Shown: positions 26,354 through 40,811, counted from the first letter of the stretch. The stretch: 64,000 nt of DNA from Octopus sinensis (GCF_006345805.1 NC_043012.1:7936001-8000000), one strand, 5' to 3'. The notes: generated from the letters alone by a model not told the origin. Numbers and translations are program-made.

Positions 26354-26845
26354 GAGTAAGTGAGGTGTTGGCCATCATCAACACGGGACTACAAACGGCG
26401 CCATGCTGCAATTGTGAACACTGCTTGCATTTGCATCATCATCATCACTACCACCATGGCGATGACCATTATCAGCACCACCATCACCATAGCTGCTGCC
26501 ACTACTAGCACTGGCACCAGCACCACTACTACTACTGCCACAAATACCACTAACATGACCACAAACACCACTTATAGTGATCACTTTGGAGTTCATCCTC
26601 CGTCAACAAAGTCAACCAAAAGCCCAAACATAGACGATTATTTGTTTTTTTGTTTTTTTTTTCTTTAGGAAATATTTGACACTCTTTCTGAACGTGGGTC
26701 AACCCCCCTCCATTTCTCTCTAAATATTTTCATTTTTTTCTTCATCTCTTCTTCCTCTCCATTTCAGCCAATCAAATTTTGTCTGTTCATGTATACGAGA
26801 AATGAATACATATATATATATTATATATATATTATATATATATAT

Positions 26846-26879
<34 letters not shown>

Positions 26880-26883
26880 ATAT

Positions 26884-26943
<60 letters not shown>

Positions 26944-27409
26944 TATGTCTGTGTAAGCATGAGTGAGTATAGACATTGATATGCAAGTGTTGTGTGCATG
27001 CATACACCCAATCATTAGCTCAACGCATTAATGAGACATAAAAAGCACACACACACATAAAGGTGTGTGTATTTGCGCACACACAAATAGAAACAAAAAT
27101 GTTGTACACTAAGAAGAAGCATTCTTGTCCCAGTAATGGTTTCTCTCCAGTCTGTGAATTACCAGCTTTCCTTTCCTCCAGTTCACCTCTCTACTTTTAG
27201 GCTGTAAGAATTCTTCAGGCATCATGGCTTTTCGAATTATTGCCTTACCCGACCAGCAGCCGTGCTGCATGCACATCGGCATGCGTATATATTTAATATT
27301 TACACAGACACACACACACACACATTTTCTTAGGTGGCTTTATGGGCAATAAAGTTTATCTGGGGTGTGTGATTATCTGTACCTAGTTGAAACTGCATGT
27401 ATATATATA

Positions 27410-27446
<37 letters not shown>

Positions 27447-27449
<3 letters not shown>

Positions 27450-28075
27450 GAGGCACAATGGCCCAGTGGTTAGGGCAGCGGACTCGCGGTCGTAGGATCG
27501 CGGTTTCGATTCCCAGACCAGGCGTTGTGAGTGTTTATTGAGCGAAAACACCTTAAAAAAAAAAAGCTCCACGAGGCTCTGGCAGGGGGTGGTGATCCCT
27601 GCTGTACTCTTTTACCACTTTCTTCTGTTGGCCTGCTCGCTTAGCCAGCGGGGTGGCGTCATTCGAAGGCTAAAACAATGCGAACGCTTTGTGACCAGCG
27701 ATGTGTAACTACATCTGATGGACTGGTTGGTCACGTGATCACGTGATATATATATTATATATATAATATATATATATAGTGGAGGCGCAATGGCCCAGTG
27801 GTTAGGGCAGCGGACTCGCGGTCGTAGGATCGCGGTTTCGATTCCCAGACCAGGCGTTGTGAGTGTTTATTGAGCGAAAACACCTTAAAAAAAAAAGCTC
27901 CACGAGGCTCTGGCAGGGGGTGGTGATCCCTGCTGTACTCTTTTACCACTCTTTCTTCTGTTGGCCTGCTCGCTTAGCCAGCGGGGTGGCGTCATTCGAA
28001 GGCTAAAACAATGCGAACGCTTTGTGACCAGCGATGTGTAACTACATCTGATGGACTGGTCGGTCAAGTGATCAT

Positions 28076-28078
<3 letters not shown>
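27447..28078 (+). mobile_element. Two tandem near-identical SINE family D copies
   Basis: 27447-27747 and 27779-28078 are almost identical and are separated and flanked by (TA)n. Confidence 0.85.
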
Positions 28079-28120
<42 letters not shown>

Positions 28121-30904
28121 GTATATAAGATTTAAAAATTGCATAGAAGGATGACAAAAGAGCACAATGAGAATTCACACCAAGACATAGGCATGTTCTT
28201 TCCTCATTAGTTATTGTCCAAAAAGTCATAACATTTTCACACCTTTAACGATAATATTGTTCATTTTGGTAGTTTCAAAATCAAAAAGTTGCTGGGAATA
28301 AATGAGCAAATGTAAAGGACAGTGACTAAAGCAAACACGATACAGGAGGTAGTTGGTACAACTATAAATATACATACAGAAGAAAGGCCTTACAGCTATG
28401 AGACGGTAGATATATATTTAGATGTGTATGTGTAAGTAAAAATCCAACTTGGTTTTGTTGACGGTCTTCTACTTTTGATTTCTAGACTAATTTTCTTTGT
28501 TAGTTTCTATGGACAGTGGGTGGTGGAATTTGATGGAGTTTGGGACAGAAGAAACTAAAACGCCATTCATGGTATTTAGCTATGTTCTTCCATATGTTCT
28601 GTTTGAGGGTTGACGTTGTTTTTGTTCCTTCCTGATTGAATATAAGAAAATTAAAAAAAAAAGTTTAAGCACCTTTCATGCATGGGATCTGGGGATTGAA
28701 TTTATTCAAAATCCTATATTTGCCACCTGACTTTACTCGCGAATCAAAAGAAAAAAAAAAAAAAGACCAAACACCATTGTAGCTGTGTGCTTATGTTAGG
28801 AATTGTTTTGATGTAATCCTTGATTTCAGAAATCTGTGCACTCTTAGAAGCCAGGATCTCCAGCTGAAGAATGAAACGAAATGTGTGTGTTTGTGTGTCC
28901 AACAAGACTGGTGTTGATATTTTAATGATTGCCTGTGCTCATCCTGGTGTTACGAGTTTGGAGATCTGGAAATGTTTGTAACAGTTGATTGCGGGTAGTG
29001 AAAGGGTGGAAGGAAGGACTAGTGGACTGTACACAAATTATCACTAACAATAACAAAGAAATTAGACGGAAATTATTAAATAAAATATCGTTTCAAAAGT
29101 TGGATTTTTCTTAGTTTGTAAGTAATATGTTATATTTTATATAGTGTGTATATATGTTTGTTAGAGTATGTATGTATGTGTGTGTGTGTGTGTGTTGAAA
29201 ACTGCAAAAATACTTTCTATCATATATAGAATTGTAAAAGAAAAGAGGTGAGCTCACACATATAGCCATGTGTGTTTGTATATATATATGTATGTGTGTG
29301 TATGCTATGTGTGTGATTGGGGGAAAGAACTGGATTAGATCCAGCTCTCCTTTGACTTAAATACTCTGCTTCTAATTTGTTTGGTTGGTTTTGGCGGAGA
29401 AGAGAAGAAAAAGATCCGTTTTTTTTTTTTTTTTTCCTCTCCTTAATCTAGTTACGATCATTCAGCCCTCTTCGCCCCCAACCGCCACCACATCTTCCAT
29501 CACCACCAACACTGCCGCCGCCACAATGACCACCACCACTGAGTAATTCTGCCTCTACCTATCTACTTGACCTTCACCCCCACTCCGGCCCCTTCCCCCC
29601 CACCAAATCATGTTCCTACCTCTTCGCCTGTATGTATAATAGTAGTTGTATGACAACTGTTCTACTGTGATACAGAGACATTCATCCCATTCTCTTTTCT
29701 AAACTTCATAACTCTTTGACTATCACTCTTTTCTCTCTCTTTCACTCCTGTTATCTGTCTGTCTCTCACACACACACACACACACACGCATATAATCCGA
29801 CAGCCACAGCTGTTGGACTGTTTTGAACTCGTTAAAGGTAATTTTTACCAAGTTCTTTTATTTTCATTGCCTTTATTTTATTTTATTTTTTTTTTGAAAA
29901 TCATTTCACTCGAATTCACTTGACTTGACTCGACTCACTTCCACTCTGCTCCACTCCACTGACATTTCACTTCAATCAGTGTTGTTAATCCGATCTAATC
30001 TAATCTAATTTAATCCTTCTTCTTCCTTCAATCACTTATTTGGCTGTTTCTCGAGAAAGACAAGACTGTAAGAATATTACATTTAATTTTATTGTTTCCT
30101 CAAATTTCCTTTTTAATCCAAAAGGCAAAATTGCAACTATTTTAAGAAAAATAAATACACAAATAAATAAATAAATAAATAAATTCTTGAATATTTTATA
30201 GTATTATGTTGAAAAGCCCAAAATCTTGTCCTCACCCCTGCTACAAACCCTGATTCCACTTCTCATTTATAATAGAATATAATTGTCCAGAATGCTTCTA
30301 GTCAGACCAGCTGGACTCCAGTTCCACATCAACCATTCTCTTTCTTTTCCATTGAAACAATCTCCCTTCCCCCTTACTCCCATCATTTTTAATAAATTTT
30401 TCATTTTTTTTCCAGCCATTAATTGCATTTTGTTTATTCTTATTTATTTTTTTTTTCTCTCTTTTTAAATGAAAATAAAATTTTCTCGCTAATCTATTTT
30501 TTATTGAAATCCTTGATTAAATTTTGATTCTTTTCTCACCTCTGCCATTTTCACCATCATCATCATCATCAAACATGTTTTTTTAAAAACCTTGTTCACC
30601 CTGTTTCAATATATTCTTGCCCTAAATCTATATTTTTCTCAATATTATTGTTATCGTAATCAAGAAGGTGGAATAGCAGAATTGATTGAGCAGCATAAAC
30701 AAAAAAATTTTTTTTAAATGCCTTGTTGTATTTAGTGCTGTTCTTTTATGGGTCTGAATCCCGCTGGGTATCGATTTTACTTTGCACCCTTCTGGAATTG
30801 ATAAAATACCTGTCATTTACTGGGGCTGAGTCAATCAATTGTATCCATCCCTCCAAACTTGTGGCCTTCTGCCAATGTTAGAACAATCTTAATTGTTGTT
30901 GTTG

Positions 30905-30945
<41 letters not shown>

Positions 30946-30947
<2 letters not shown>

Positions 30948-32610
30948 GGTGGCGAGCTGGTAGAATCGTTAGCACGCTGGGCAAAATGCTTAGCAGTATT
31001 TCGTCTGGCCTTACGTTCTGAGTTCAAATTCTACTGAGGTCGACTTTGCCTTTCATACTTTCGGGGGTTGATAATTTAAGTACCAGCTGTGTACTGGAGT
31101 TGATCTAATCGACTGCCACCCACTTCCCCCCAAAATTTCAGGCTTGTGCCTATAGCAGAAAGGATTATAATTATTTATTAAGGTGTCGAGCTGACAGAAT
31201 CGTTAGCGTGCTGGATGAAATGCTTAGCAGTATTCCACCTGTCACTACGTTCTGAGTTCAAATTCTGCTGAGGTTGACCTTGCCTTTTATCCTTTCGGGG
31301 TTGATAAATTAAGTACCAGTGAAACACTGGGGTCAGTGTAATTGATTAGTCTCCTCCCAACAAATTTGAGGCCTTGTGCCTCCAGTAGAAAGAATTATTA
31401 TTATTATTGAGTTCAAATTCCACCAAGGTCAACTTTGCTATTCATCCATTCAGGGTCAATAAAATAAGATCTCTCTTGCCCAAAATTTCAGGCCTTGTGC
31501 CCCTATAGTAGATTATCATTAAGGCAGTGTGCTGGCAGAATTGTTATTACGCTGGACAAAATTCTTAATAATATTTTGCCTGTCCTTACGTTCTGAGTTC
31601 AAATTCCTCTAAGGTTGACATTACTTTTCATTCTTTTCATTCTTTTGAGGTCAGTTAAATAAGTACTAGTTAAGCACTGGGAGGGCCAATGTAATTGACT
31701 TGCTCTCTCCTTCCCTTAAAATTCCAGGTCTTCTGTTTATAGTAAAGGTTATTATTCTTTAAGGCAGTAGCTGGCAGAATTGTTAGCATGCCAGGCACAA
31801 CGCTTAGTGGCGCTTCATCCATCATAACATTCTGAGTTCAAATTCTGCCGAGGTCGACTTTGCCTTTCATCCTTTCGGAGTCAATAAAATTAGTACCAGT
31901 TACGCACTGGGGTCAATGTAATTGACTTAATCCCTTCCTTCAAATTTGAGGTCTTGTGCTTCCAGTGGAAAGGGTTATTATTTATTGTTATTAAGGCAGC
32001 AAGCTGGCAGAATCATTAGCACGTTGGTCAGAATGCTTAGCGGTATTTCGCCCGTTGCTACATTCTGAGTTCAAATTCCGCCGAGATCAACTTTGCCTCG
32101 CATCCTTTCGGGGTTGATAAATTAAGTACCAGTTACGCACTGGGGTCGATGTAATTGACTCAATTTCCTCCCCCAAGCTGCCCTTGTGGCAAAAATTTGA
32201 AATCATCATCATCATTATTTAGGTGGTGAGCTGGCAGAATCGTTAGCGTGCTGGACGAAATGCTTAATGGTATTTTGCTCATTGCTACATTTTGAGTTCA
32301 AATTCCGCCAAGATCAACTTTGCCCCTCATCCTTTCGGGGTCGATAAAATAAGTACCAGTTACGCACTGGGGTCGATGTAATTGACTATCCCCATCCTTG
32401 AGATTTCAGGCCTTGTGCCTATAGTAGAAAATATTATTAAGGTGGCAGAATGCTTAGCTGCACTTTTTCTGACTCATTACATTCCGAGTTCAAATCCTGG
32501 CGAGGTCAACTTTACCTTTCATCCTTACAAAATAGAGTACAACTGAAGTACTGGGATCAATACAATCAACTAACCCCCTTTGCCCTAAAATTTCTGGCTT
32601 TGTACCTTAA
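30946..32610 (+). mobile_element. Head-to-tail array of ~8 SINE family B copies
   Basis: Heads at ~30946, 31180, 31409 (truncated), 31521, 31761, 31993, 32221 and 32439, each separated by (TTA)n-type tails. Confidence 0.85.
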
Positions 32611-35600
32611 GTAGAAAGAATTCGTTGACATTGTGTCAGAATTTGAAACCATCTTATAATAATTCTGCTTTGTTCCTCTATTACTTAACCTGTCTGTAAT
32701 TCTTCGACGTGATTAGTTGAAGGGGAGAGAGGAGGGGGGATTGAGGGGTGGTGATGAGTAAAATGTGTAATTCCTTTTTTTTTTTTAACTAAGTTTCTCT
32801 CCTCTATTACTTAACCCATCTGTAACGCTTTGCCTCTCATTCCTTACTGGGCATTTATAAGTACTAGGGGCAGTTTAACCAATCAACTCCCCTCCCCCCC
32901 TTTTTTTTTTCTACCTGTGCCTATGTTAGAAAAAAATTATAGTTATTTCCATCAGGCTGGTGGAGCAACAGACAAAATACCTTGTGGTATTTAGTTGTGT
33001 GTTGATGTTGTGAGTTCAAATCCTGGCAAAGTCAAATTAGCTTTAAATTTAATTTTCTAGCTTAAGGAAGTAAATTACCAGTTATGTAATGGGGGAATGA
33101 TTTCATAAATTTGACCCAATTATTCTTTTTTTTTTTTTTTTCTTTTAAGGCGCACATGGTTCTAGGTTCAATCCCACTGTATGGCACTTTGGGCGAGTGT
33201 CATCTACTATAGTTTCATGTTGACCACAGTCTTGATTAGATCTGATAGATGGAAACTGAAAGAAGCCCATTGTATGTATATATGTATATATATATATATA
33301 TATGTGTGTGTGTCTGTGTTTGTCCCCCACCATTGCTTGATAACCGGTGTTGGTGTGTTTACATCCCAGTAGCTTAGCGGTTCAGTGTAAGAGACCAATA
33401 GAATAAGTACTAGCTTAAAAAAGTATTAGGGTTGATTTGTTTGACTAAAAAGTCTTCGGAGTAGTGCTTCAGCATGGCTGCAGTAATGACTGAAACAGAT
33501 AAAACAAATATAAAAAAAACAAAAAAAAACAAAGTACAGCTTTGTATCTAAGTAATCCTTATTTTTATTAACAGTAATATATTGAGGGCTGAATACAATT
33601 GATTCCACTTGCTCCTTTCTACAACATTCGTAATCTCACAAATACCAGAAATTTTTTTTTTTTTTTTAATAGGAAAGCATTGGACTAGCAGAATCATTAG
33701 GATATCAAAACAAAATACCTTGTAGTATTTATTCCGGCTCTTAAGATTCTGAGTTCAAATCCCACCAAGGTTGACATTGCTTTTTCATCCCTCCACGATT
33801 GATAAAATAAAGCACCAGTTGTGTACTGGGGATGATGTAGTCAACCTATCCCTTCCTCTATCAAATTTGGGGCCTTGTGCCTATGTAAAATAACCTTTAT
33901 TGTTCAGAGGGTGTGGTAGACAGCGTATTGTTGGAGCAATAGATAAAATATCTTGTGTGGGGTGTTTTTTTATGACGCTTCTTGTTCTGAGTTCAATTTT
34001 GCCTTTCGTCCTTCCGAGATCAATAGGATAACCAGTCAAGCACTGGGAGTTAAATTAATCGACTGCGCTGTCCTCGGATATTTCTGGCCTTGTGCAGAGC
34101 AAGAAAGAAAATGCCTTCTGCTATATACTTATATATCTTTATGTTCTAAATTAAAATCCTATCGCAGGTGACCTGACCTGACCTTGCCTTTCATCCTTCT
34201 AGGGTTGATGAAATATAGTTAGCCCAGTCGAACCCAAGGGCGGGGATTGGGGACTTGTACGAAACGACCACATTGCTCGCCCACCCACCCCAAATATGAG
34301 GCCTCGCACCAACATTAGAGATTTATGTTACTATTTTTGCTTTCTTTCTTTGCCCTTTTAAAAAGGAAAGAGACAATCTCAATAAGTTGTATTTTCAAGT
34401 GTCTGTCTGTCTGTCCATCTATCTGTGTGGCTCATCAAGCCGCAAAAATAAATTAAAAAGAAAATTTAAACACAAACCTACAACAAAAATATCCAATTTT
34501 ATTTATCATCATCATTGCTATGCCATGGAATAAGGGAATATTTTAATGGTTTCTTTTTTTTTTCCTTTCCTCTTCCTTCTTTGTCTCATGTAAAACTTTG
34601 GAATAAACAATTAAAATATCAAAGCTTAATGAGTTTATTTGTTTATTTATGTAAAATTTTGGTAGGAAAAATTAACAATGATTGCAGATTTTCAACAGGC
34701 CAATCATGATTCCCTGTATTTCTAAAGCAAAAATAAGGGAGTGTTTGTAACTTGGTACAAAACAAATATTACAAAGAGGTCATTGCCTGTACCGCCTGAC
34801 TGGCCCCCGTGCCGGTGGCATGTAAAAAATACCCACTACACTCTTGGAGTGGTTGGCGTTAGGAAGGGCATCCAGCTGTAGAAACTCTGCCAGATCAAGA
34901 CTGGAGCCTGGTGCCAGCCCTCAGTCAAAACCGTCCAACCCATGCTAGCATGGAAAACGGACGTTAAATGATGATGATGATGACTTCATTAAAAAAAAAC
35001 AGGTTTTGTTTCTACTTTACCAATTTTCTTGCTGATACACACACGTACAATACATACATTACATATTATGACTGCATGTGTGTGTATATATAATGTACAA
35101 TTCCATTATTGGTAGGATCAACAAACAAAAATACTCCCTCCAGTGAGAGAGATATATATACCATTTAATTTTGAACTACTATTAGTTATATTGTGGAAGG
35201 CGCGTGGCTCAGTGGTTAGAGCGTCGAGCTTACGATCGTGAGGCTGTGAGCTCGAATCCCGGACCGGGCTGCGTGTTGTGTTCTTGAGCAAGACACTTCA
35301 TTTCACGTTGCTCCAGTTCACTCAGCTGTAGAAATGAGTTGTGACATCACAGGTGTCAAGCTGTATCGGCCCTTGCCTTTCCCTTGGACAACATCGGTGA
35401 CATGGAGAGGGGAGGCCGGTATGCATGGGCGACTGCTGGTCTTCTATAAAAAAAAAAAAAACAACCTTGCCCAGACTTGTGCCTCAGATGGTAACTATCT
35501 AGGTGCAAACCCATGGTCAGTGTCTGACCGAAGGGGGTCACCACCACCACATTAGTTACATTGCACAAAAATCAGTCAAACTTGTGTGGCGTACTGGGTG

Positions 35601-37968
35601 TTTCCAAGCAGAGGCTATAAGACTGTTTAAATTTAAATACAGCATCTTCTCAGGTCAAAGATTTGAGCAAAGTCAACTCCAACTCTGGGACCAACTTCAT
35701 GCAAGCATGAAGGCACACTGGCAAAATGCTGTTCCTCTAAATGGAAACCTTACTTGTCATTGTGGATTTGTGGCACAAAGCAAAGCAGGCCTTGCTGTCC
35801 ACCCAAGAAAGCACACAGTAAATGATCCACAAGCACTCAAGCAAACTGAGTCCTCAACTTGTTACCTTTGCCAAAAGATTTGCAAGGCACCAGCAGGTCT
35901 TGAGATATTTGTGTCCATAAAACATGATTGATGCTTTATTTTACAGAAATTTCATTTGTCGTTCACGACAAGGGAATCCATCATCACACTCACACGCATA
36001 TATATATAGGGTGGAGGCACAATGGCCCAGTGGCTAGGGCAGCGGATTTGCGGTTTTGATTCCCAGACTGGGCATTGTGAGTGTTTATTGAGTGAAAACA
36101 CCTAAAGCACCATGAGGCTCCGGCAGGGGTTGGTGGCGATCCCTGCTGTACTCTTTCGCCACAACTTTCTTCTGTTGACCTGCTCGCTTAGCCAGCGGGA
36201 TGGCGTCATTTGAAGGCTAAAACAATGTGAAGCGCATTGTGACCAGTGATGTGTAGCAACATCTGATAGCATGGTCAGTTACGGTGACAGTGATGTATAT
36301 AGGAGGTTATGAGAGGCAATGGTGTCAGGTAATGCTGAATAAGTGCCATAGACAGACAATAGTTAACAGGTTCGGTGATTATGTGAATAAGGGGTTCAAT
36401 GTTGGTCATATGTCAGCGTGTGTATATAATTTTTTTTCCATAATGAGATAAAAAACCAAGATTGTAGAACATTTATAGATAGATCTTACAGCTGTTTCCA
36501 GGATATAATAAATATCCTGGAAACAGGATACCTTCTATCTATAAATGTTCTAAAATCTACACAGCCTTGGTTTTTTATCTCATTACAGAAAAAAAAACAT
36601 ATATATATATATATATATATACCTATTTTCTCATGAATATCTTTTATCATTTACTTGTTGCAGTCATTAGACTGCGACCATACTGGAGCACCATCTCGGA
36701 GAATTTTTAGCTGAACAAATCAATCCCATTAGTTAGCACTTTTTAAAGTCTGGTACTTATTCTATTGGTGTTTTTTGCTGAACTGCTAAGTTACAGGGAA
36801 GTAAAAATTGTATCAGGACAATTACCCCTCCCCCATAAGACAATTACCCTCTTTCTAATATATTAAGAAGTCTTAAATGATCATGTGTTGTCCTTGGGGT
36901 TGGGGGTAAATGTCCTAAACCCTTAAAACACCAACACTAGTTGTCAAGCAGTGGTGGAGGACTAACAGACATTCATGCACAGATATACATATATACAATG
37001 GGCTTTTGGGGGTTTCTGTCTCCCTAATCCACAGTCAAGGCTTTGGTTGGCCCAAGTCTACATTTGAAGGCACTTGTCCAAGATGCCATGCAGTTGAAAA
37101 GCAAATTGCTGAAGTTCTTTATGTTGGATTTCCTGTTTCATCTCTCGGTATTTATTCTGACTTCTTGCATTTTGAGATCAAATCCAAGCAAATTTGACTT
37201 TGCCTTTCATCCTCTTGAGGATTGATTGCCAACCACAGTCTGACAGATTGGTGGAACAATGAGTGTGGAGACTAGAAACCTTGTGGGGTTTGTTCCATCT
37301 CCCCATATTTTGAGTCAGATTTTGTGTAAGCGCAGTAAAAACGGTTTTGTTGACCAGCAAGTCCATCACGGTGAGTGAGACAAATTCTTGAAGCAACGGC
37401 CAGCACCGAAAAGATGGAGCTGAGTAGAGACAAAAGAGGGAGAGAGTGTGGGGAGGGGGTTCTTTAGTTGGACAGACATACCATAGGGAACGAATGGAAA
37501 TTTAGTACATCATTATCATTTACTTTCAGCTTATCATGTTGGCATGGGTTGGACAGTTTGACATGTCAAAACAGACAATTGGAGCCTGGTGCAGCTCCTG
37601 ACAAACTCTCCAACCCATGCCAGCATGGAAAACAGGCGTTAAATGACGATGATGATGATGGTGGTTTGTTAGTAGTTTAAGCAAAAATATTGATTCTATT
37701 GATTTCTTATCTTTTATTTGTTTCAGTTATTAGACTGTGGCCATGCTGGGGCATTGCCTTGAAGAAATTTTACTTGAAGGAATCGTCCCCAATACTTATT
37801 TTAAGTCTGATACTTATTCTACTGGTCTCTTTTGCTGAACTGCTATGTTATAGGAACATAAACACACAGACACCAATTGTCAAGCAGTGGTGGGAAAGAA
37901 ACACAGACATACACACATAAAAAAAGGGCTTCTTTCAGTTTCCGTCCACAAAATTTGTAAAATTATGT

Positions 37969-38053
37969 TTCATCTGATGATTATAGTTTTTTTGTAATGG
38001 AGTAAGGTTCTCATTCTTCTACTAAAAAATGTGTAAGAAACAGCTGTAATGAG
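37969..38053 (+). ncRNA. Type I hammerhead ribozyme motif, intact core
   Basis: TTCAT CTGATGA TTATA...TGTAA GAAAC AGCT GTA ATGAG. Stem I TTCAT/ATGAG, core CUGAUGA, long stem II, GAAA, palindromic mini stem III ACAGCUGU, GUA cleavage triplet (cut after 38048). Confidence 0.7.
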
Positions 38054-40510
38054 CTGACAATTATCCATCATCTGTTATTATTTATTTCATCATCATCATC
38101 GTTTAACGTCCACTTTCCATGCTAGCATTGGTTGGATGATTTCACTGAAGACTGGTGAACCAGATGGCTGCACCAGGCTCCAATCTGATCTGACAGAAGG
38201 GCATACAGCTGGATGCTCTTCCTAATGCACATAAAAAGCAGCATTCAAGCGTGGTCGATGCCAGTACCGCCTGACTGGCCCTCATGCTGGTGGCATATGA
38301 AAAGCACCCACTACACTCTCGGAGTGTTTGGTATTAGGAAGGGGATCCAGCTGTAGAAACATTGCCAGATCAGATTGGAGCCTGGTACAGCCTTCTGGCT
38401 TGCTAGTCCTCGTTCAAACCGTCCAACCCATGCCAGCATGGAAAGCAAATGTTAAGCAACGGTGGTGATGATGGATATAGATATATATGTATGTGAATTA
38501 TTTCTTTTTGTGGGGGAACAATGCAACAAAAGCAGCCTTTGAATTTTTTATACAAAGTGTATTCTTACTCAATATCTGCATCTAATTTACAGCTTAATCT
38601 GCTTCAAGTTTCAATGTTCCAAAGTAGAATTATTTCATGTTCTCCCAAGGCTTCTAAGTTCTTATAATGTCAACACAGACACAAATACAATTGCACTTAC
38701 AAGGCATTGGTTAACGCAGGCCTATTAGAGAAGATACTTGCTCAACATGCAGCATGATGTGGTGGTGGGGACACCCCAAATAATGTGGTTGTCAAGCAAA
38801 CATCTAAACTGCACAGCCATTCCTGGGAATAACAAAATTATGACTGATATGTTTTTCAAGACTCACAAAAGCCTTGAAATATGGGGTTTCCAGAGTCTAA
38901 ATATTTTAAATATTAAGGCACAGGAGTGGCTGTGTGGTAAGTAGCTTGCTTATCAACCACATGGTTGCGGGTTCAGTCCCACTGCGTGGCACCTTGGGCA
39001 AGTGTCTTCTACTATAGCCCCGGGCCGACCAATGCCTTGTGAGTGGATTTGGTAGGCGGAAACTGAAAGAAGCCTGTCGTATATATGTATATATATGTAT
39101 ATGTGTATGTGTGTGTCTGTGTTTGTCCCCCTAGCATTGCATGACAACCGATGCTGGTGTTTTTACGTCCCCGTCATTTAGCGGTTCGGCAAAAGTGACC
39201 GATAGAATAAGTACTGGGCTTACAAAGAATAAGCCCCGGGGTCGATTTGCTCGACTAAAGGTGGTGCTCCAGCATGGCCGCAGTCAAATGACTGAAACAA
39301 GTAAAAGAGTAAAAGAGTTCCCCTCATATCAAGATACCCTTTGCAGTATGAAGAGGTACATCGCTTGAAAACCACTTTCCTACTGTTTTACAAAAATGGG
39401 GTGTCATATGGGATAATGTGGTACTACATATACAGTGAAGGGGCGTGGCTTAGTGGCTAGAGGTATTCAGCTCACGACTGTTAGGTTGTGAGTTCAGTTC
39501 CTGGTGATGCATTGCAAGACATTTTATTTCACGTTGCTCCAATCCACTCAAATGGCAAAAATGAGTAACACCTGTAATTCAAAAGACCAACCTTAACACA
39601 TTCTGTATCGTGTTAAAATCTCCCTGAGAACTATGTTAAGGGACTGCATGTCTGTGGAGCACTCATCCATTTGCATGTTAATTTCATGAGTAGACAGTTC
39701 TGTTGGTTGGATCAACTGGAAACCTCGTCATTGTAACTGACAGACTGCTAGTTACCTATATAGTGTTTAACTAGGAGACAGGATGGTCACATGTGGAAAA
39801 CCTTTAATCGTAAGTCAGCCCAATCATGGTTCACTTGGAGGTTAAACAACTGTCTCCAATCCTGTTAGTTTGGGAAAAGAAGTGCTGTGATGCTATGATG
39901 TTGCAAAACCCTTGGTCAATAATGATCAAACATACCTCTGTTCAATGATGTTCCAGATAAGACCATTCTTTGGTCTTCTGACAAGTGTAATTCGAATGAG
40001 ATGTGACTGCTATTTCTAGCAAGCCATCAACCACAAAACGTTTCTACTGCTGTCCCCAGTTTTTTTTTTTTTTTTAAATTTTATATTTTTATTTAGTCAT
40101 AAATAAGGTGAAATCACATGGCCTAGTGGTTAGCATGTTCCTTTCACAATTGTGGAAACAGTTTCGATTTCCAGACTAGGTGGTGTATTTTGTTCTTGAG
40201 AAAATACTTCCTTCTATGCTGCTCCAGTCCACTCAGAAGTAAAGGAGTTCCAGGAAGATCTGGTGAGTTAATCCCTGTGATGGACTACCATCCTATCCAA
40301 GGGGAATGTGATCTTTGTCATTTATACACCATGGAAGCCAAGTAACTGACTGCATGAGTCCTAGGACTTGAAACAGTATTTAATTACATAAATTAGGACA
40401 GCAGCACATAGTTGTGGCTGACGATATAACTATGAAACTAAAAGTGGAACCCACTTGTCAGTCAGGCAGACTGAGCCAGGCACAATAAAACAGCAAGTTG
40501 AGATGTTTAG

Positions 40511-40810
40511 TTCTTCACTCCTGCTCCAGAGCATCGGCTGCGGGGTCATTCCGAAAAGCTCTACCTGCGACGATTTCATCTCAATCGAAGGAGAGGAGCT
40601 TTCTCCGTCTGGGTTGCGGATCCGTGGAACAAGCTGCCAGACGAGATGGTGAAGATGCCGACGACCGCTTTGTTCAAAGTCTCCCTTGACCTCAAGTGGC
40701 CTGAGCTCTTTACATGAACACCACCCTGTACTTAACTCCATGTCCCCTTACATAGCCTTGCTTTTTGCTTTTGAGCCAAAAAATTAACTAACTAACTAAC
40801 TAACTTAACT
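40511..40810 (+). mobile_element. CR1-type LINE 3' end with (AACT)n tail
   Basis: The frame from 40511 reads FFTPAPEHRLRGHSEKLYLRRFHLNRRRGAFSVWVADPWNKLPDEMV...FKVSLD...* (the RGH..KL / FS..V..WN.LP motif of the CR1 ORF2 end), then a short UTR and TAAC repeats. Confidence 0.8.
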
Positions 40811-40811
40811 A

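Noticed and set aside
27447-27520. tRNA gene
   Set aside because: It has A/B boxes but no acceptor stem or terminator and runs into a repeated SINE body. The same applies to the other tRNA-like heads.
40414-40452. CTGACGA...GAAAC hammerhead-like spacing
   Set aside because: The cleavage position would be G, stem II is marginal and stem I does not pair.
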